Shown: in pieces, positions 30,159 to 40,600 of the stretch
How positions within the stretch are numbered: the first letter of the stretch is position 1
How the letters are laid out: the number at the start of each line of letters is the position of its first letter
Assembly (NCBI GenBank): GCA_016432625.1
Contig: CP066697.1
Coordinates: forward strand, 522,561-586,560
Source: Candidatus Berkelbacteria bacterium
Lineage (GTDB): Bacteria > Patescibacteriota > UBA1384 > 2-12-FULL-50-11
Reading direction: 5' to 3'
Length of the DNA stretch: 64,000 nt
Made by a program: the position numbers and the translations under genes
The notes under the pieces: generated by a model
Told to the model about the DNA's origin: nothing
The model's database searches: none
What the model saw: only the letters and a program-made list of their open reading frames with translations

Positions 30159-31271
30159 ATGCCGCGGCCGTGGCAACGCAGGCATAAAGCCCTTTTGTTC
30201 GTGCTTAGCTTACTCATTTCGGTCTTCCCTGTTGCAAGAACGAGAGCCGCATTGGTCACTTCGTTTTCTGACACACTGGCGACGATCAAAGAGTCAGTAC
30301 CCACAAATCACACCCTTCGCTTTACAATTAATGATTCATGGGATGAGAACGATACAATCACGATCGATTTCCCCAATACCTTTAATACGTCTGGTTTTGC
30401 TGATAGCGAGCCTGAGGACTACGACGTCACTGACGACGGCGTCGATCAAAACCTGGTAGCAACTGGCGGTTGTACCGGCGCTGCGAACGAGGTCCAGATT
30501 GCCGCCGTCAACACAACGACCGACACTTTTACCTTCACCCGATGCGCCGGTGATGGAGCGATCGCGAACGGCTCTATTATCACTATAGAAATCGGCACGA
30601 ATGCAACTTTCGGTGCTGCGGGTAATGATCAGATTACTAATCAAACTGCGGCTGAAAACGATACCGACCCGACCGTGACTCTTGGCGGAACATTTGGCGG
30701 CAGTGGCACCTTGGCGCTTGAGATTGTCATTGACAACGACTCGCTAGTTAGTGTTACGGTGCTCCCTCGAATTAGCTGCGTATTCGGCGGCATGACTGTT
30801 ACATTTCCTGACGCAACCGGCACTGTAATTACCGCGGCTACTAATACCACAATTACCGCCGGCACTAACGCTCAAAATGGTTTTTCAGTCACCGTTTACG
30901 ACCAGGGCAACGGCACTAACCCCGGGTTATATAAAGGTAGTGCGCCCACCTATCTTATCGGTTCGGCAAATAGTGCTTTTGGAGATACGGCGACTTTGGC
31001 AACGAACGTTGACGGTTTCGGTATTCAGGGCACAGCCACACAAGGAGACATTGGTTCGGCAACGCTGACGATCGCTGCACGCTACAACCAGGCAGGAAAT
31101 AATGTCGGTGGGCTGGAAATTAACCCGGCAGGTGCCCAGACTCTCGCTAGTACCACTGGGCCCGCCAACAACACAATTACTACTGTCACTCATAAAATGG
31201 CCGCTTCAATGTTAGCACCGAGTGGCACTTACACCGACACGCTCACATATGTTTGTACGGGGATTTTTTGA
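30159..31271 (+). CDS. Secreted surface protein B1 (370 aa), a paralog family sharing the C-terminal domain of the giant proteins (ends YTDTLTYVCTGIF)
   Basis: Starts 2 nt after the A1 stop. Signal peptide, then the conserved mature N-terminus AALVTSFSDTLATIKESVPTNHTLRFTIND. Confidence 0.7.
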   Translation: MPRPWQRRHKALLFVLSLLISVFPVARTRAALVTSFSDTLATIKESVPTNHTLRFTINDSWDENDTITIDFPNTFNTSGFADSEPEDYDVTDDGVDQNLVATGGCTGAANEVQIAAVNTTTDTFTFTRCAGDGAIANGSIITIEIGTNATFGAAGNDQITNQTAAENDTDPTVTLGGTFGGSGTLALEIVIDNDSLVSVTVLPRISCVFGGMTVTFPDATGTVITAATNTTITAGTNAQNGFSVTVYDQGNGTNPGLYKGSAPTYLIGSANSAFGDTATLATNVDGFGIQGTATQGDIGSATLTIAARYNQAGNNVGGLEINPAGAQTLASTTGPANNTITTVTHKMAASMLAPSGTYTDTLTYVCTGIF

Positions 31272-31311
31272 AACTTTACAGGATGCAAAACCGGTCATAT
31301 ACTGGCAACAG

Positions 31312-32415
31312 ATGAGGGGGAAGTTGTTTAAGCAGTTTATTATCGGCTGTGCCATAGTACTTCTAGGCGGCTTGTTCCCCGTCCTACCCGCTCATGCCGC
31401 AGCAGTCACTTCATTCTCCGATACGCTTTCAACCATAAAAGAAAGTGTCGTCGCCAACCACACCTTCACCTTTACAATCGTGGACGATTGGCAGGCTGGT
31501 GAAACGCTGTCTCTTGCTTTCCCAGCTGGTTTTTCTGCCGCTGGATTCGCTAACACTGAGCCAGAAGACTTTGACGTGACTGATGACGGAGCCGATCAAA
31601 CCCTGGTCGCTAGCGGTGGCTGTAGCGGCGCAGCGATTGAAGTTGAGATTACGACAACTGACATTGTCGATCCTATAGGATTTACCTTCACCCGTTGTGC
31701 GGGTGATGCGACAATTGCTGCTGGTTCAATAGTTACTATCGAAATCGGTACTCATGCTACTAGCGGTGCTGCTGGGAACGACCAAATAACGAACCAAACC
31801 GCGGCTCAAAACGGCACTAACGCTATAATTACTTTGGCTGGTGGCGGAGGGTACACCGACACTGGATCGCTGGCAGTGGAGATAGTCGCTGACAACGACG
31901 TGACTGTTAACGCAACTGTCGACCCGAGAATAACTTGCGCATTCGCCGGCCTGACAACGACGTTCGCTTCACTAGCCGGTCCTATTACGACTTCAGACAC
32001 CACAACAACGGTGACAATTAGTACTAACGCGCCGAATGGGTTTACGTTGAGCGTTAGAGATGAAGGCAACGGTACAAACCCGGGTCTTTACAAAAGCGTG
32101 GCGCCAACCTACTTAATCGGTTCTGCCGACAGTGCTTTCGCCGATACGGCGCTACTAGCTAACGATGTTGACGGCTTCGGGGTTCAAGGCTCTGTCGCGG
32201 GCGGTTCCGGAGCAGCCGTAACAGTTGCCGCTCGCTACGACCAATCAGGCAATAACGTCGGCGGCTTAGAACGCGTTGCGACAACTCTTGCCTCAGCCAC
32301 TGGAGCAGTAGCAAGTCGGGTAGTTAGCGTTGTCCATAAAGCCGCGGTATCGGGTTTAGCTAACGCCGGCGCCTACACTGATACTTTAACTTACGTTTGT
32401 ACGGGAATATTCTGA
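31312..32415 (+). CDS. Secreted surface protein B2 (paralog of B1)
   Basis: The start is placed at MRGKLFKQF..., by analogy to the MRGK start of B3. The ORF-track start at 31222 overlaps B1 by 50 nt. Mature N-terminus AAAVTSFSDTLSTIKESVVANHTFTFTI. C-terminus YTDTLTYVCTGIF. Confidence 0.65.
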   Translation: MRGKLFKQFIIGCAIVLLGGLFPVLPAHAAAVTSFSDTLSTIKESVVANHTFTFTIVDDWQAGETLSLAFPAGFSAAGFANTEPEDFDVTDDGADQTLVASGGCSGAAIEVEITTTDIVDPIGFTFTRCAGDATIAAGSIVTIEIGTHATSGAAGNDQITNQTAAQNGTNAIITLAGGGGYTDTGSLAVEIVADNDVTVNATVDPRITCAFAGLTTTFASLAGPITTSDTTTTVTISTNAPNGFTLSVRDEGNGTNPGLYKSVAPTYLIGSADSAFADTALLANDVDGFGVQGSVAGGSGAAVTVAARYDQSGNNVGGLERVATTLASATGAVASRVVSVVHKAAVSGLANAGAYTDTLTYVCTGIF

Positions 32416-32453
32416 TGCTTGACATGGTTCGGCCTAAAGTAGAGATTGGAAGT

Positions 32454-33581
32454 ATGAGGGGGAAAACTAAGACCTACCGCTTCGGTATGGGTTTGATTGT
32501 CGCCGTTCTGGTAGTCGGTATCTCGGGGCTGGGGTTGTCGCCGGCTTTGGCAGCTAACGTCGCCAGTTTTTCCGACGTCTTGTCGACGATCAAAGAAAGC
32601 GTGGTCGCCAACCACACTTTGACGTTCACAATTCAGGACGCCTGGAACGCTTCCGAAACACTAACGCTTGATTTTCCGGCGGGTTTCTCCAATGCAGGTT
32701 TCGCCAATACTGAAGCTGAGGACTACGACATCACCGACGACGGCGCCGAGAAAGCGATAGTTGCCAGCGGAAGCTGCGCGGCTAACAGTATCGAAATAAC
32801 GACTGTCGACACAGTCGACCCTGTCGGTTTCACCTTTACTTACTGCGCCGGCTCTACCGCCATCGCCGCCAGCTCAATTATTGTCATCGAGATTGGCACT
32901 AACGCCACAAACGGTGCGGCGGGCAACGACCAAATAACGAACCAAACTGCTGCCCAAAACAACACTAACGGTAAAATCACCCTGACCGGCGGCGGTGGTT
33001 TCACCGACACCGGTTCGTTAGCCCTCGAAATTGTTGCCGACAACGACGTGACTGTTAACGCTACCGTTGACCCTTCAATAACCTGCGCATTTACCGGGCT
33101 TACAACTACTTTCAGTTCGTTAACTACTGGTGCCGTTTCGACTTCTGACACTCAAACGACAGTTACTGTCAGCAGCAATGCTGGAAATGGTGTCAATATA
33201 ATCGTCTATGACGCCGGCAACGCCACCAACCCTGGTCTCTATAAAAGTGCGGCGACAACGTATCTGATCGGCTCGGCGGACGGTGCGTTTGGCAACATCG
33301 CTACACTGGCTGCAGGAACTGACGGTTTCGGTATTTCTGGTGCTAGCTCTGCGGGGTCGGGTGCAGCCCTGACTGTTGATGGTCGCTTCGATGCCTCAGG
33401 CGGCGCTAACGAAATGGGTGGTTTGGAAGTTGGCGCCGGTGCGGCAGTTTCAATCGCTGCTTCCACTGGTGCTTTAGCGAGTCGAGTCCTGACCGTTACT
33501 CATAAAGCCGCCGTTTCTGGTTTAGCGCCCGCCGGTTCTTACACTGACACGATTACCTACGTCTGCACTGGGATCTACTAA
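32454..33581 (+). CDS. Secreted surface protein B3 (paralog of B1/B2)
   Basis: ATG at 32454 (MRGKTKTYRFG...) with GGAAG upstream. Mature N-terminus ANVASFSDVLSTIKESVVANHTLTFTI. C-terminus YTDTITYVCTGIY. Confidence 0.65.
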   Translation: MRGKTKTYRFGMGLIVAVLVVGISGLGLSPALAANVASFSDVLSTIKESVVANHTLTFTIQDAWNASETLTLDFPAGFSNAGFANTEAEDYDITDDGAEKAIVASGSCAANSIEITTVDTVDPVGFTFTYCAGSTAIAASSIIVIEIGTNATNGAAGNDQITNQTAAQNNTNGKITLTGGGGFTDTGSLALEIVADNDVTVNATVDPSITCAFTGLTTTFSSLTTGAVSTSDTQTTVTVSSNAGNGVNIIVYDAGNATNPGLYKSAATTYLIGSADGAFGNIATLAAGTDGFGISGASSAGSGAALTVDGRFDASGGANEMGGLEVGAGAAVSIAASTGALASRVLTVTHKAAVSGLAPAGSYTDTITYVCTGIY

Positions 33582-33584
33582 ACT

Positions 33585-34574
33585 ATGCCGACCCTTTGGA
33601 TGCGTCGACTCGGGCTCGGAATGTTTCTGGTCGCAATTTTGCTTGGGCTAGAAGCCACTGGAACAAGGGCGCAGAACCCGGCCGGCATCACTGTCACTCC
33701 AGTTACTGACGCGTTCGACATTAAGCCTGGCGAGTCAATCTCAAGGTTAATAAGAGTCATTAACCCCGTTTCGCATGAGGTGACGCTCTATCCACGCGTG
33801 ATGGATTACCACACCGACAACGAAGAGGGTCAGCCGCAGTTCTTTACTGTGAAGGAGCGAAGTTCGCCCTACGCAATGTCAACGTGGGTCAAATTTTCAA
33901 AACCACTTCTAAAAATTTTGCCTAATGAAGAAGAAAAATTTGAAGTTACTATTGCCGCGCCGCAAAATGCTGACGCCGGCGGCCATTATGCGGCAGTACT
34001 TTTTTCAACTGAGGAGCCGAAACTGGATGAGGATCAGAGCCAAATAGGCGTTATCGGCTTAGTTGGCACTCTGCTTTTGGCCAAAGTCCCAGGTGAAGTA
34101 GACGAACGGATGATCTTGCAAGAATTCACGGCACCGCGACTCCTTATCAATCCGCCAGCTGATTTCTCCATCCTTTTCTCTAATTTAGGTAACGTCCATC
34201 TACGGCCAAAGGGCGAGATAAAAATTCGCAACTGGTCGGGCGATGTTAGGCAAACCTTAACAGTTAACGAAGGTGACGGAAACGTCTTACCCGAAAGTAA
34301 ACGTCGCTTTAAAAATAGCTGGGGCTTTGATTGGAAGGCCTTCGGCAAATATACGGCGAGCGCGGTGATTTATTACGGCAAGCCGGAACAACAACTGACC
34401 GCAACGAGAGCGCTTTATATCGTTCCGCTATGGTTCATTATCGCGGTAGCGGTGCTTATCTTAGTAATCATCTACCTCATTTGGCGTCGCCGTCGACACA
34501 GACAACCGCCGATAATGCCGAACGTACTTCCCCCACAACAAAAACAGCCACCTTCTAGGCTGGTCATGCGTTAA
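33585..34574 (+). CDS. Surface beta-sandwich protein C1 with a C-terminal TM anchor and poly-Arg tail (CscA/DUF916-like architecture)
   Basis: 329 aa. Signal peptide, then GITVTPVTDAFDIKPGESISRLIRVINPVSHEV..., then ...PGEVDERM..., a PLW motif, a TM helix and RRRRHRQPP. Confidence 0.6.
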   Translation: MPTLWMRRLGLGMFLVAILLGLEATGTRAQNPAGITVTPVTDAFDIKPGESISRLIRVINPVSHEVTLYPRVMDYHTDNEEGQPQFFTVKERSSPYAMSTWVKFSKPLLKILPNEEEKFEVTIAAPQNADAGGHYAAVLFSTEEPKLDEDQSQIGVIGLVGTLLLAKVPGEVDERMILQEFTAPRLLINPPADFSILFSNLGNVHLRPKGEIKIRNWSGDVRQTLTVNEGDGNVLPESKRRFKNSWGFDWKAFGKYTASAVIYYGKPEQQLTATRALYIVPLWFIIAVAVLILVIIYLIWRRRRHRQPPIMPNVLPPQQKQPPSRLVMR

Positions 34575-34602
34575 CCGATTACCTTTTTGTTAAGATGAGT
34601 TA

Positions 34603-35583
34603 ATGGTATTAACACTGAGGGTCCTGCTTACTTATTCCTTGGCGCTTATTTTTGTGCCGACCGCCCTAGCCCAAACAAATTCAGTCGTTAACGCCAACGT
34701 CGTCTCGTCGGTCTCGGCGACAAACTCATCTTTCGTGGCGGATTTGGCCGAATTACCGGCCGACGGTACGTCAATGGTAACGCTAACCGCAACAATTGTT
34801 GACGCCAACAACCTGCCACTGCCGCAAAAGGAAGTTATCGTGACTTCAAACCGCGGCGATATCGACACGATCCGTTGTTACGCCGGCTCAACGCTGACAG
34901 AGGAGAATAAGGCTACCACTGACACAAACGGCGTTGCCCGTTGTGGCGCGCGTTCCTTAGTCCCAGGAGAAGCGACCTTCACCGCAACGGCAGATACTGT
35001 CATCCTCGAGGATAAGCCTGTTGTTAAATTCACTCCGTTGCCAATCCTTACCCAGCTAAAAATAACCGTGAAAACGCCCGGGGGCGGCCAAGTCACTTTA
35101 GTCCAGCCGCCCGCACCATCTGCAACGCCTAGCAGCCCGACCGGTGAAGGGCTTGATCACTCACCGTCAAGCGACAAACTTGTCGATACTGGGATTAACC
35201 TGCAGATCCCGTTCTGGGTTTTTATAATCACCGCCTTATTTTTCCTATTGATACCGGTCTTACTCCTAATAATCATCGTGCTAATCCGTAAGATTCGCCT
35301 GATGATCGGCGCCGCGCGTAAACACGCTGAAGCCGAGGAGGCGTTACTCGCTAAAATCTACACTCTCGAGCAACAGGTCGCCCAAGAACAGCATGCCGTC
35401 ACGGCTCAAGCTCAGCAGGTAACGGTCGCTAATGAAAAGTTGACCGATAAAATAGATCAAGTAAGCGACCAGCTTAGTTCGAATATTAACGGAATGTCGC
35501 AAACAACAAGCGAGGCAGTGACGCCAACAATTTTGGAGACACCAAGCGCTCCGGAAGTGCCGCCAAGTGAGCCTCAGGCTTAG
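34603..35583 (+). CDS. Membrane-anchored protein with a bacterial Ig-like (invasin/intimin-type) domain and a C-terminal coiled coil
   Basis: Signal peptide, then TSMVTLTATIVDANNLPLPQKEVIVTSNRGDI (a Big-like fold), a Pro/Ser linker, a TM helix LLIPVLLLIIIVLI, and a Gln/Ala-rich coiled coil. Confidence 0.5.
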   Translation: MVLTLRVLLTYSLALIFVPTALAQTNSVVNANVVSSVSATNSSFVADLAELPADGTSMVTLTATIVDANNLPLPQKEVIVTSNRGDIDTIRCYAGSTLTEENKATTDTNGVARCGARSLVPGEATFTATADTVILEDKPVVKFTPLPILTQLKITVKTPGGGQVTLVQPPAPSATPSSPTGEGLDHSPSSDKLVDTGINLQIPFWVFIITALFFLLIPVLLLIIIVLIRKIRLMIGAARKHAEAEEALLAKIYTLEQQVAQEQHAVTAQAQQVTVANEKLTDKIDQVSDQLSSNINGMSQTTSEAVTPTILETPSAPEVPPSEPQA

Positions 35584-35605
35584 TTTTCTTGCCAAGGACG
35601 ACTAG

Positions 35606-36577
35606 ATGGTTCATAAAAACGAAACCATGCCTCGCAAAGGAGTAGCGCTTTGGCTGTTTGGCGCCCTAATAATAAGTATCGCCCTCAACATATTCTTGTC
35701 ACTTGATTGGCTGAGTGATCGCGCCGATAAATATCCCTATCTCTCAAAAAGGCTTTTCGCCGAGAACGTTAACAATATCGTCATCAATTTCGTGCCACTG
35801 CGCGCGAAACTGCGCGATTACGTCGCCCATGCCCCAAAGCGAACGGGTGTTTACTTTGAGTATTTACCAACCGGTGTCAGCATCGGCGTCAACGAAAAGG
35901 ATGTTTTCTTTTCTGCGAGCCTTGTTAAATTGCCGACGGTTATGAGGTTTTATAAACTCATCGACGAAGGGAAAATCAAATCAAGCAAACCGATTACCTT
36001 AAAAGATGAGTATATTGACAAAGGTTTTGGCGAGTTGTGGCGACGCGGCAGCGGCGCCCAAGTCTCAACGCAGGAGCTGATAGACGCTGTCACTAAGACC
36101 TCAGATAATACTGCTTTCCGAGCTATCCAAGACCTGATTAAGCCGTTCAATACCTACCAAGACGACAAGCACTCACTTAGAGACGTCTATAACTACCTTG
36201 ACATCACAGAGGATGAGGCGGGCGGTAACGCGGGTATCACGCCAAAGAACTTCTCTTCAATCCTACGTAGCCTTTACCTCTCAGCCTACCTGCCTTATAG
36301 CTTATCTAACGAGATCTTGAAGGATCTTAGCGAGTCAGAATTCAACGATTGGCTACCAGAGCCGCTGCCTCAAGAAATTAAGATTGCCCATAAATTTGGT
36401 TTATACAACGCCGAGCCGCATGAGTTTGCTGTCCACTCCGATTGCGGCATCGTTTATTACCCGCAGCGACCTTACGTGCTTTGCGTCATGGTTAATACTT
36501 ACGACGGCGCCGTAGCGCAAAAAGAGATACGAGATCTTTCGAAATCCGTCTATGATTACATCAAAGACATAAAATGA
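35606..36577 (+). CDS. Membrane-anchored class A beta-lactamase-like serine hydrolase (paralog 1)
   Basis: N-terminal TM, then S-x-x-K (FSASLVKLP), S-D-N (KTSDNTAF) and a KTG-like HKFG motif in the correct order and spacing for the class-A fold. Confidence 0.55.
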   Translation: MVHKNETMPRKGVALWLFGALIISIALNIFLSLDWLSDRADKYPYLSKRLFAENVNNIVINFVPLRAKLRDYVAHAPKRTGVYFEYLPTGVSIGVNEKDVFFSASLVKLPTVMRFYKLIDEGKIKSSKPITLKDEYIDKGFGELWRRGSGAQVSTQELIDAVTKTSDNTAFRAIQDLIKPFNTYQDDKHSLRDVYNYLDITEDEAGGNAGITPKNFSSILRSLYLSAYLPYSLSNEILKDLSESEFNDWLPEPLPQEIKIAHKFGLYNAEPHEFAVHSDCGIVYYPQRPYVLCVMVNTYDGAVAQKEIRDLSKSVYDYIKDIK

Positions 36578-36591
36578 GCTTAAATTGAACG

Positions 36592-37539
36592 ATGAAGCAA
36601 CACCACATCACTCTTTCAATCGCCGTAATTGCCGTCGTCAGTATAATTCTCAATATCTCGACCTGGTCAAAGCCAAGCAACGAGCAGAAATATCCGCTCC
36701 TCGCCAAACGCCTCTTTGTTTCCAGCCCTAATGATCTGCTGATAAATTTTACCAGCTTAAGAGAGGACCTAAGAAAGTACATCGACAAGTCCGACCATAA
36801 AATAGGCGTCTACTTCGAGTATCTGCCGACCGGTATCAGTATTAATATCAACGGTAACGACGATTATTACCGCGCCAGTTTAGTGAAACTGCCAGGGGTG
36901 ATGCGTACTTATAAACTTATTGAGGACGGCAAACTCCAAGAGCAGGAGCAGTTAGAAGTTAAGCCCTATCACCTAAACAATTTCGGAGAAAACAAAGACC
37001 TGAAAGTCGGCATGAAGAAGACCGTCGGTGAGCTCTCGGCCCTGGCGTTGCGTGACTCCAATAATACGGCCTACGAAATTATTTATGAAAAAGTGAACGG
37101 CGACATCCTTAAAAAGGAAAAGGGAGACGAGGAGACTATCAACAATGTATATAACTACCTCGACATTCCCACTCCGGGCCCTGATCAAACCTTATTTATC
37201 TCGCCGAAAAATTACTCGTCCGCCCTAAAAAGCCTCTACTTTTCTTCTTATCTAAACTACGCTGACTCCTCAAAGCTTCTTGATCACCTGACGCACTCTT
37301 CCTTCAATGATTGGCTACCTAAAAACCTGCCGAAAGACCTCCTGATTGCTCACAAATTTGGCATATTCGACCTTAATGAGCCGGCTAATTACAAAGTCCA
37401 TTCCGATTGCGGCATTGTCTATTTGCCAAAACGACCATACCTCTTATGCGTCATGGGCCAACAAGCCAATAACGACAACTTAGGGGCTGATATCGCAGAT
37501 ATTTCGAAGATTGTTTACGACTTCCTAACAAAAAACTAG
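36592..37539 (+). CDS. Membrane-anchored class A beta-lactamase-like serine hydrolase (paralog 2)
   Basis: Same architecture as paralog 1: RASLVKLPGV (SxxK), RDSNNTAY (SDN-like) and IAHKFGIF (KTG-like). It is a tandem duplicate of the upstream gene. Confidence 0.55.
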   Translation: MKQHHITLSIAVIAVVSIILNISTWSKPSNEQKYPLLAKRLFVSSPNDLLINFTSLREDLRKYIDKSDHKIGVYFEYLPTGISININGNDDYYRASLVKLPGVMRTYKLIEDGKLQEQEQLEVKPYHLNNFGENKDLKVGMKKTVGELSALALRDSNNTAYEIIYEKVNGDILKKEKGDEETINNVYNYLDIPTPGPDQTLFISPKNYSSALKSLYFSSYLNYADSSKLLDHLTHSSFNDWLPKNLPKDLLIAHKFGIFDLNEPANYKVHSDCGIVYLPKRPYLLCVMGQQANNDNLGADIADISKIVYDFLTKN

Positions 37540-37610
37540 CCCGCTTCGATCCAACACAGTCAAGGTTCGTAACAGATTGATTTTTGCTGCTAAAACAGTA
37601 GAGTCGAAGT

Positions 37611-40600
37611 ATGGAGGGGAAACTAAGGGGGCGCATAGACGGCGTGTATCGTTCGGGCGTAACCTTGCTCGCTAATACCTGGAAAAACCATCCGTACCGT
37701 TTCCCCGTGCTGTTGATAGTTTTCCTCTTATCACTCACTGTCTCTAACTCACTGGTCTTTTTCCCGAAAAACGAAGACGGCACGCGAGCCGAAACCGCCA
37801 AAGCCTCCACTTACCAATTCGTTCCGACAGGCGGTAACTTAGTGACCGGTACAGATTTGAACGCCAACTCCTTGCTTGCTGCGGCAGCCGAGGGTGTCAA
37901 CACCGGCTCATGGAAAGGCACATTGGCCGACGACAACTTTCACTGGGTAGTTGACATGCTGGCTTCCGGCACGCCCAACGTCAATATGCAACTTGATCTA
38001 GGGACAGCTAAACTGACAAATGCCAATAAGTTACTGATCCAAACCGAGATTGACATGGATAACGCCAGCCACTTGCTCACGGTGCAGATCTGTGACTGGG
38101 TCTCTTCTACCTCTGTTGACGCGGCAGCTGATAGTCAGTGCACAACTGGTGGATGGCGCTCCCTAAACAGCCAGAATGCTTCAAACGCTGATGTAACAAT
38201 TGGACTGACAACAAGTACCGGTTTTCAGTGGCATATTTTTGACGGCTACTTTACAACAGGTACGACCGGTGGTTCGGCGATCTCAACGCCGCTAACGAAT
38301 TTCACTAGCAGCGACACACAACCCATCCGTATCCGCTACTGGTCAGATTCTGACGTCACTTGTAGCTCCGACTGCAATTTGGGAATAGATTTTCTGCGCG
38401 CCACGGCTTTCGTTGATTCGATTTATCATCCAGCAGGTGTGGTAAATCAAAATGGCAGCGGTGGGGCATTAGCCGGAACGTATGCAAACGCTCACGTCGT
38501 TGGTAACTCGTCCACGGCTCAACAATCTGTCACCGCCGGTAACGCCGTTTATCTGACTGGAGCAGGAACGGCAGGGTCAGTGGCAGACTATTATCTTGTC
38601 TTCAAGAATGTCAAAACATATACCGGCGCAAATACTTTCTACTTCAAGGCTGACTACTCTTGCTCGGCTGCGACAGCTGGATTGGATCATAAATTTTCTA
38701 TTTATAACTTTGCTACTACCACCTGGGTTGATTTAAACTCGGCGGTGATTGCGTGTTCGGTGACAGATGCCACCAATGCGTGGGCTGAGAATAATATTAC
38801 GCCGTCTGATTTTATCGACGAATCGGCAAGTGACGAGGTTCGAGTTCGCTTTCTAGGAGACTTAAACAGCACTACGACCTTGAGGATCGATTTCGCCTAC
38901 TTAGTTCTTGGATCGACTAACGCTGATTCCGCCCAATGTGAGGTTACATGGGGCACTGGAACAGCAACTAACTGTGCTAACACGCGGGATCTAGTTGGCC
39001 CGGCAACAGCAACTGTTTTTTCTGACCCGGCCGAAACCCGTTCTAACACTGCTGACAACGACTATTACGCCCTTGACTGCGATTTCAATACAACCGCCAA
39101 TGAGTGCTCCGCCGCTAATATTGATTTCCCGGTAACCGTTCCCGTCGATGCCCAAGTGGTCGTCAATCACTTCGCGGGCCGATTCGCTGGAGACTTGGTT
39201 GGCACAACCAACCCAGATTTGACGGCTCAGATGGGGATCCGAGATTACTCGGGAACCCCCACGAGTACGTCTGGCCCTGGTGGTTGGACACTAGTTGGAG
39301 CCAGTTCTGCAACTTTGACACAAATATATACCGATTCAATCACGGCACTGTTGATCGGTACGTATGGAATGCAAATCAACCCAGACGATCACGTTGACAC
39401 TAATAACAATGAAATGAATCTACGCTTGCGTACCACGCTCTCTGGTTTGGACTCCCAGGATTCTCGCTGGGAGTGGGACTTCGCCATGGTAAGTATTGGC
39501 TGGGTGGTTGACTCGTCACATCCAACCCGCGATTACCAATTCGCTCCGACTGGCGATACTTTGGCAGCGGGGACAGAAACCGCTCGCCTTGCTCTAACAG
39601 CCGCCGCCAACACTGGTGTTAACACCGGTGGTTGGCAAGGAACTCTTGGCGATGACAACCTCCACTGGACGGTCAATGGAGCTAACGTTGTCGGCACAAA
39701 CTTTGATGTTCAACTAAACTTTACAACCGCCAAACAAAATGGCGCCAATATGATGTTAATCCAGACTGAGTTTGATACCGACCTAAATATCGGCGCGAAA
39801 ATCCAAATTTGCGATTGGGTCTCAAGTACGAGCGTCGACGCGGCAGCGGACGGAAACTGTACGACGGGCGGTTGGCGTTCAATCAACAGTCAGGACGCTT
39901 CCAATAACGACGTTACCTATACTGGTACCACTGCTGTGGTACTGCAATGGCATATTTTTGACGGCTATTTCACAACTGGTACCACTGGTGGTTCAGCAAT
40001 CTCAACGCCGCTCGGTAACTTCTTCCATTCCAGTAACGGCGTCAAGATCCGTTACTTCTCGACAACACAAACCGCCACTGCCATTGACATTGATTTCCTC
40101 CGTATTCAACCCATCATCGACACCATCTATCACCCGGCATCCGTGACAAATCTTAACGGAAGCGGCGGCGCTTTGGCTGGTACATACGCTAACGCTCACG
40201 TCGTTGGTAACACTGTCAGCGCCCAGCAATCGGTTACCGCTGGTAACGCCGTTTATTTAACTGGAGCAGGTACGGCAGGATCAATCGCCGATTATTACCT
40301 TTCGTTCAAAAATATCAAAACCTACGCGGGCATGAATACTTTCTACTTCAAGGCTGACTACTCCTGCTCTGCGGCAACCGCTAACTTAGATACCGAGTTC
40401 GCGATTTATAACTTCACTAGCGCTGCTTGGGAGGATTTAACGACTGCGGCCATCGCCTGCTCAACCACTGATGCCACGCATGCTTGGGCTAAAAACAATG
40501 TCACGATGGCAGATTATATTAACGGTGGTGAGACGCGGATAAGGTATTACGGTGACTTAAACAGTGCTACCACTTTGCGCTTAGACTTTGCCTATCTTGT

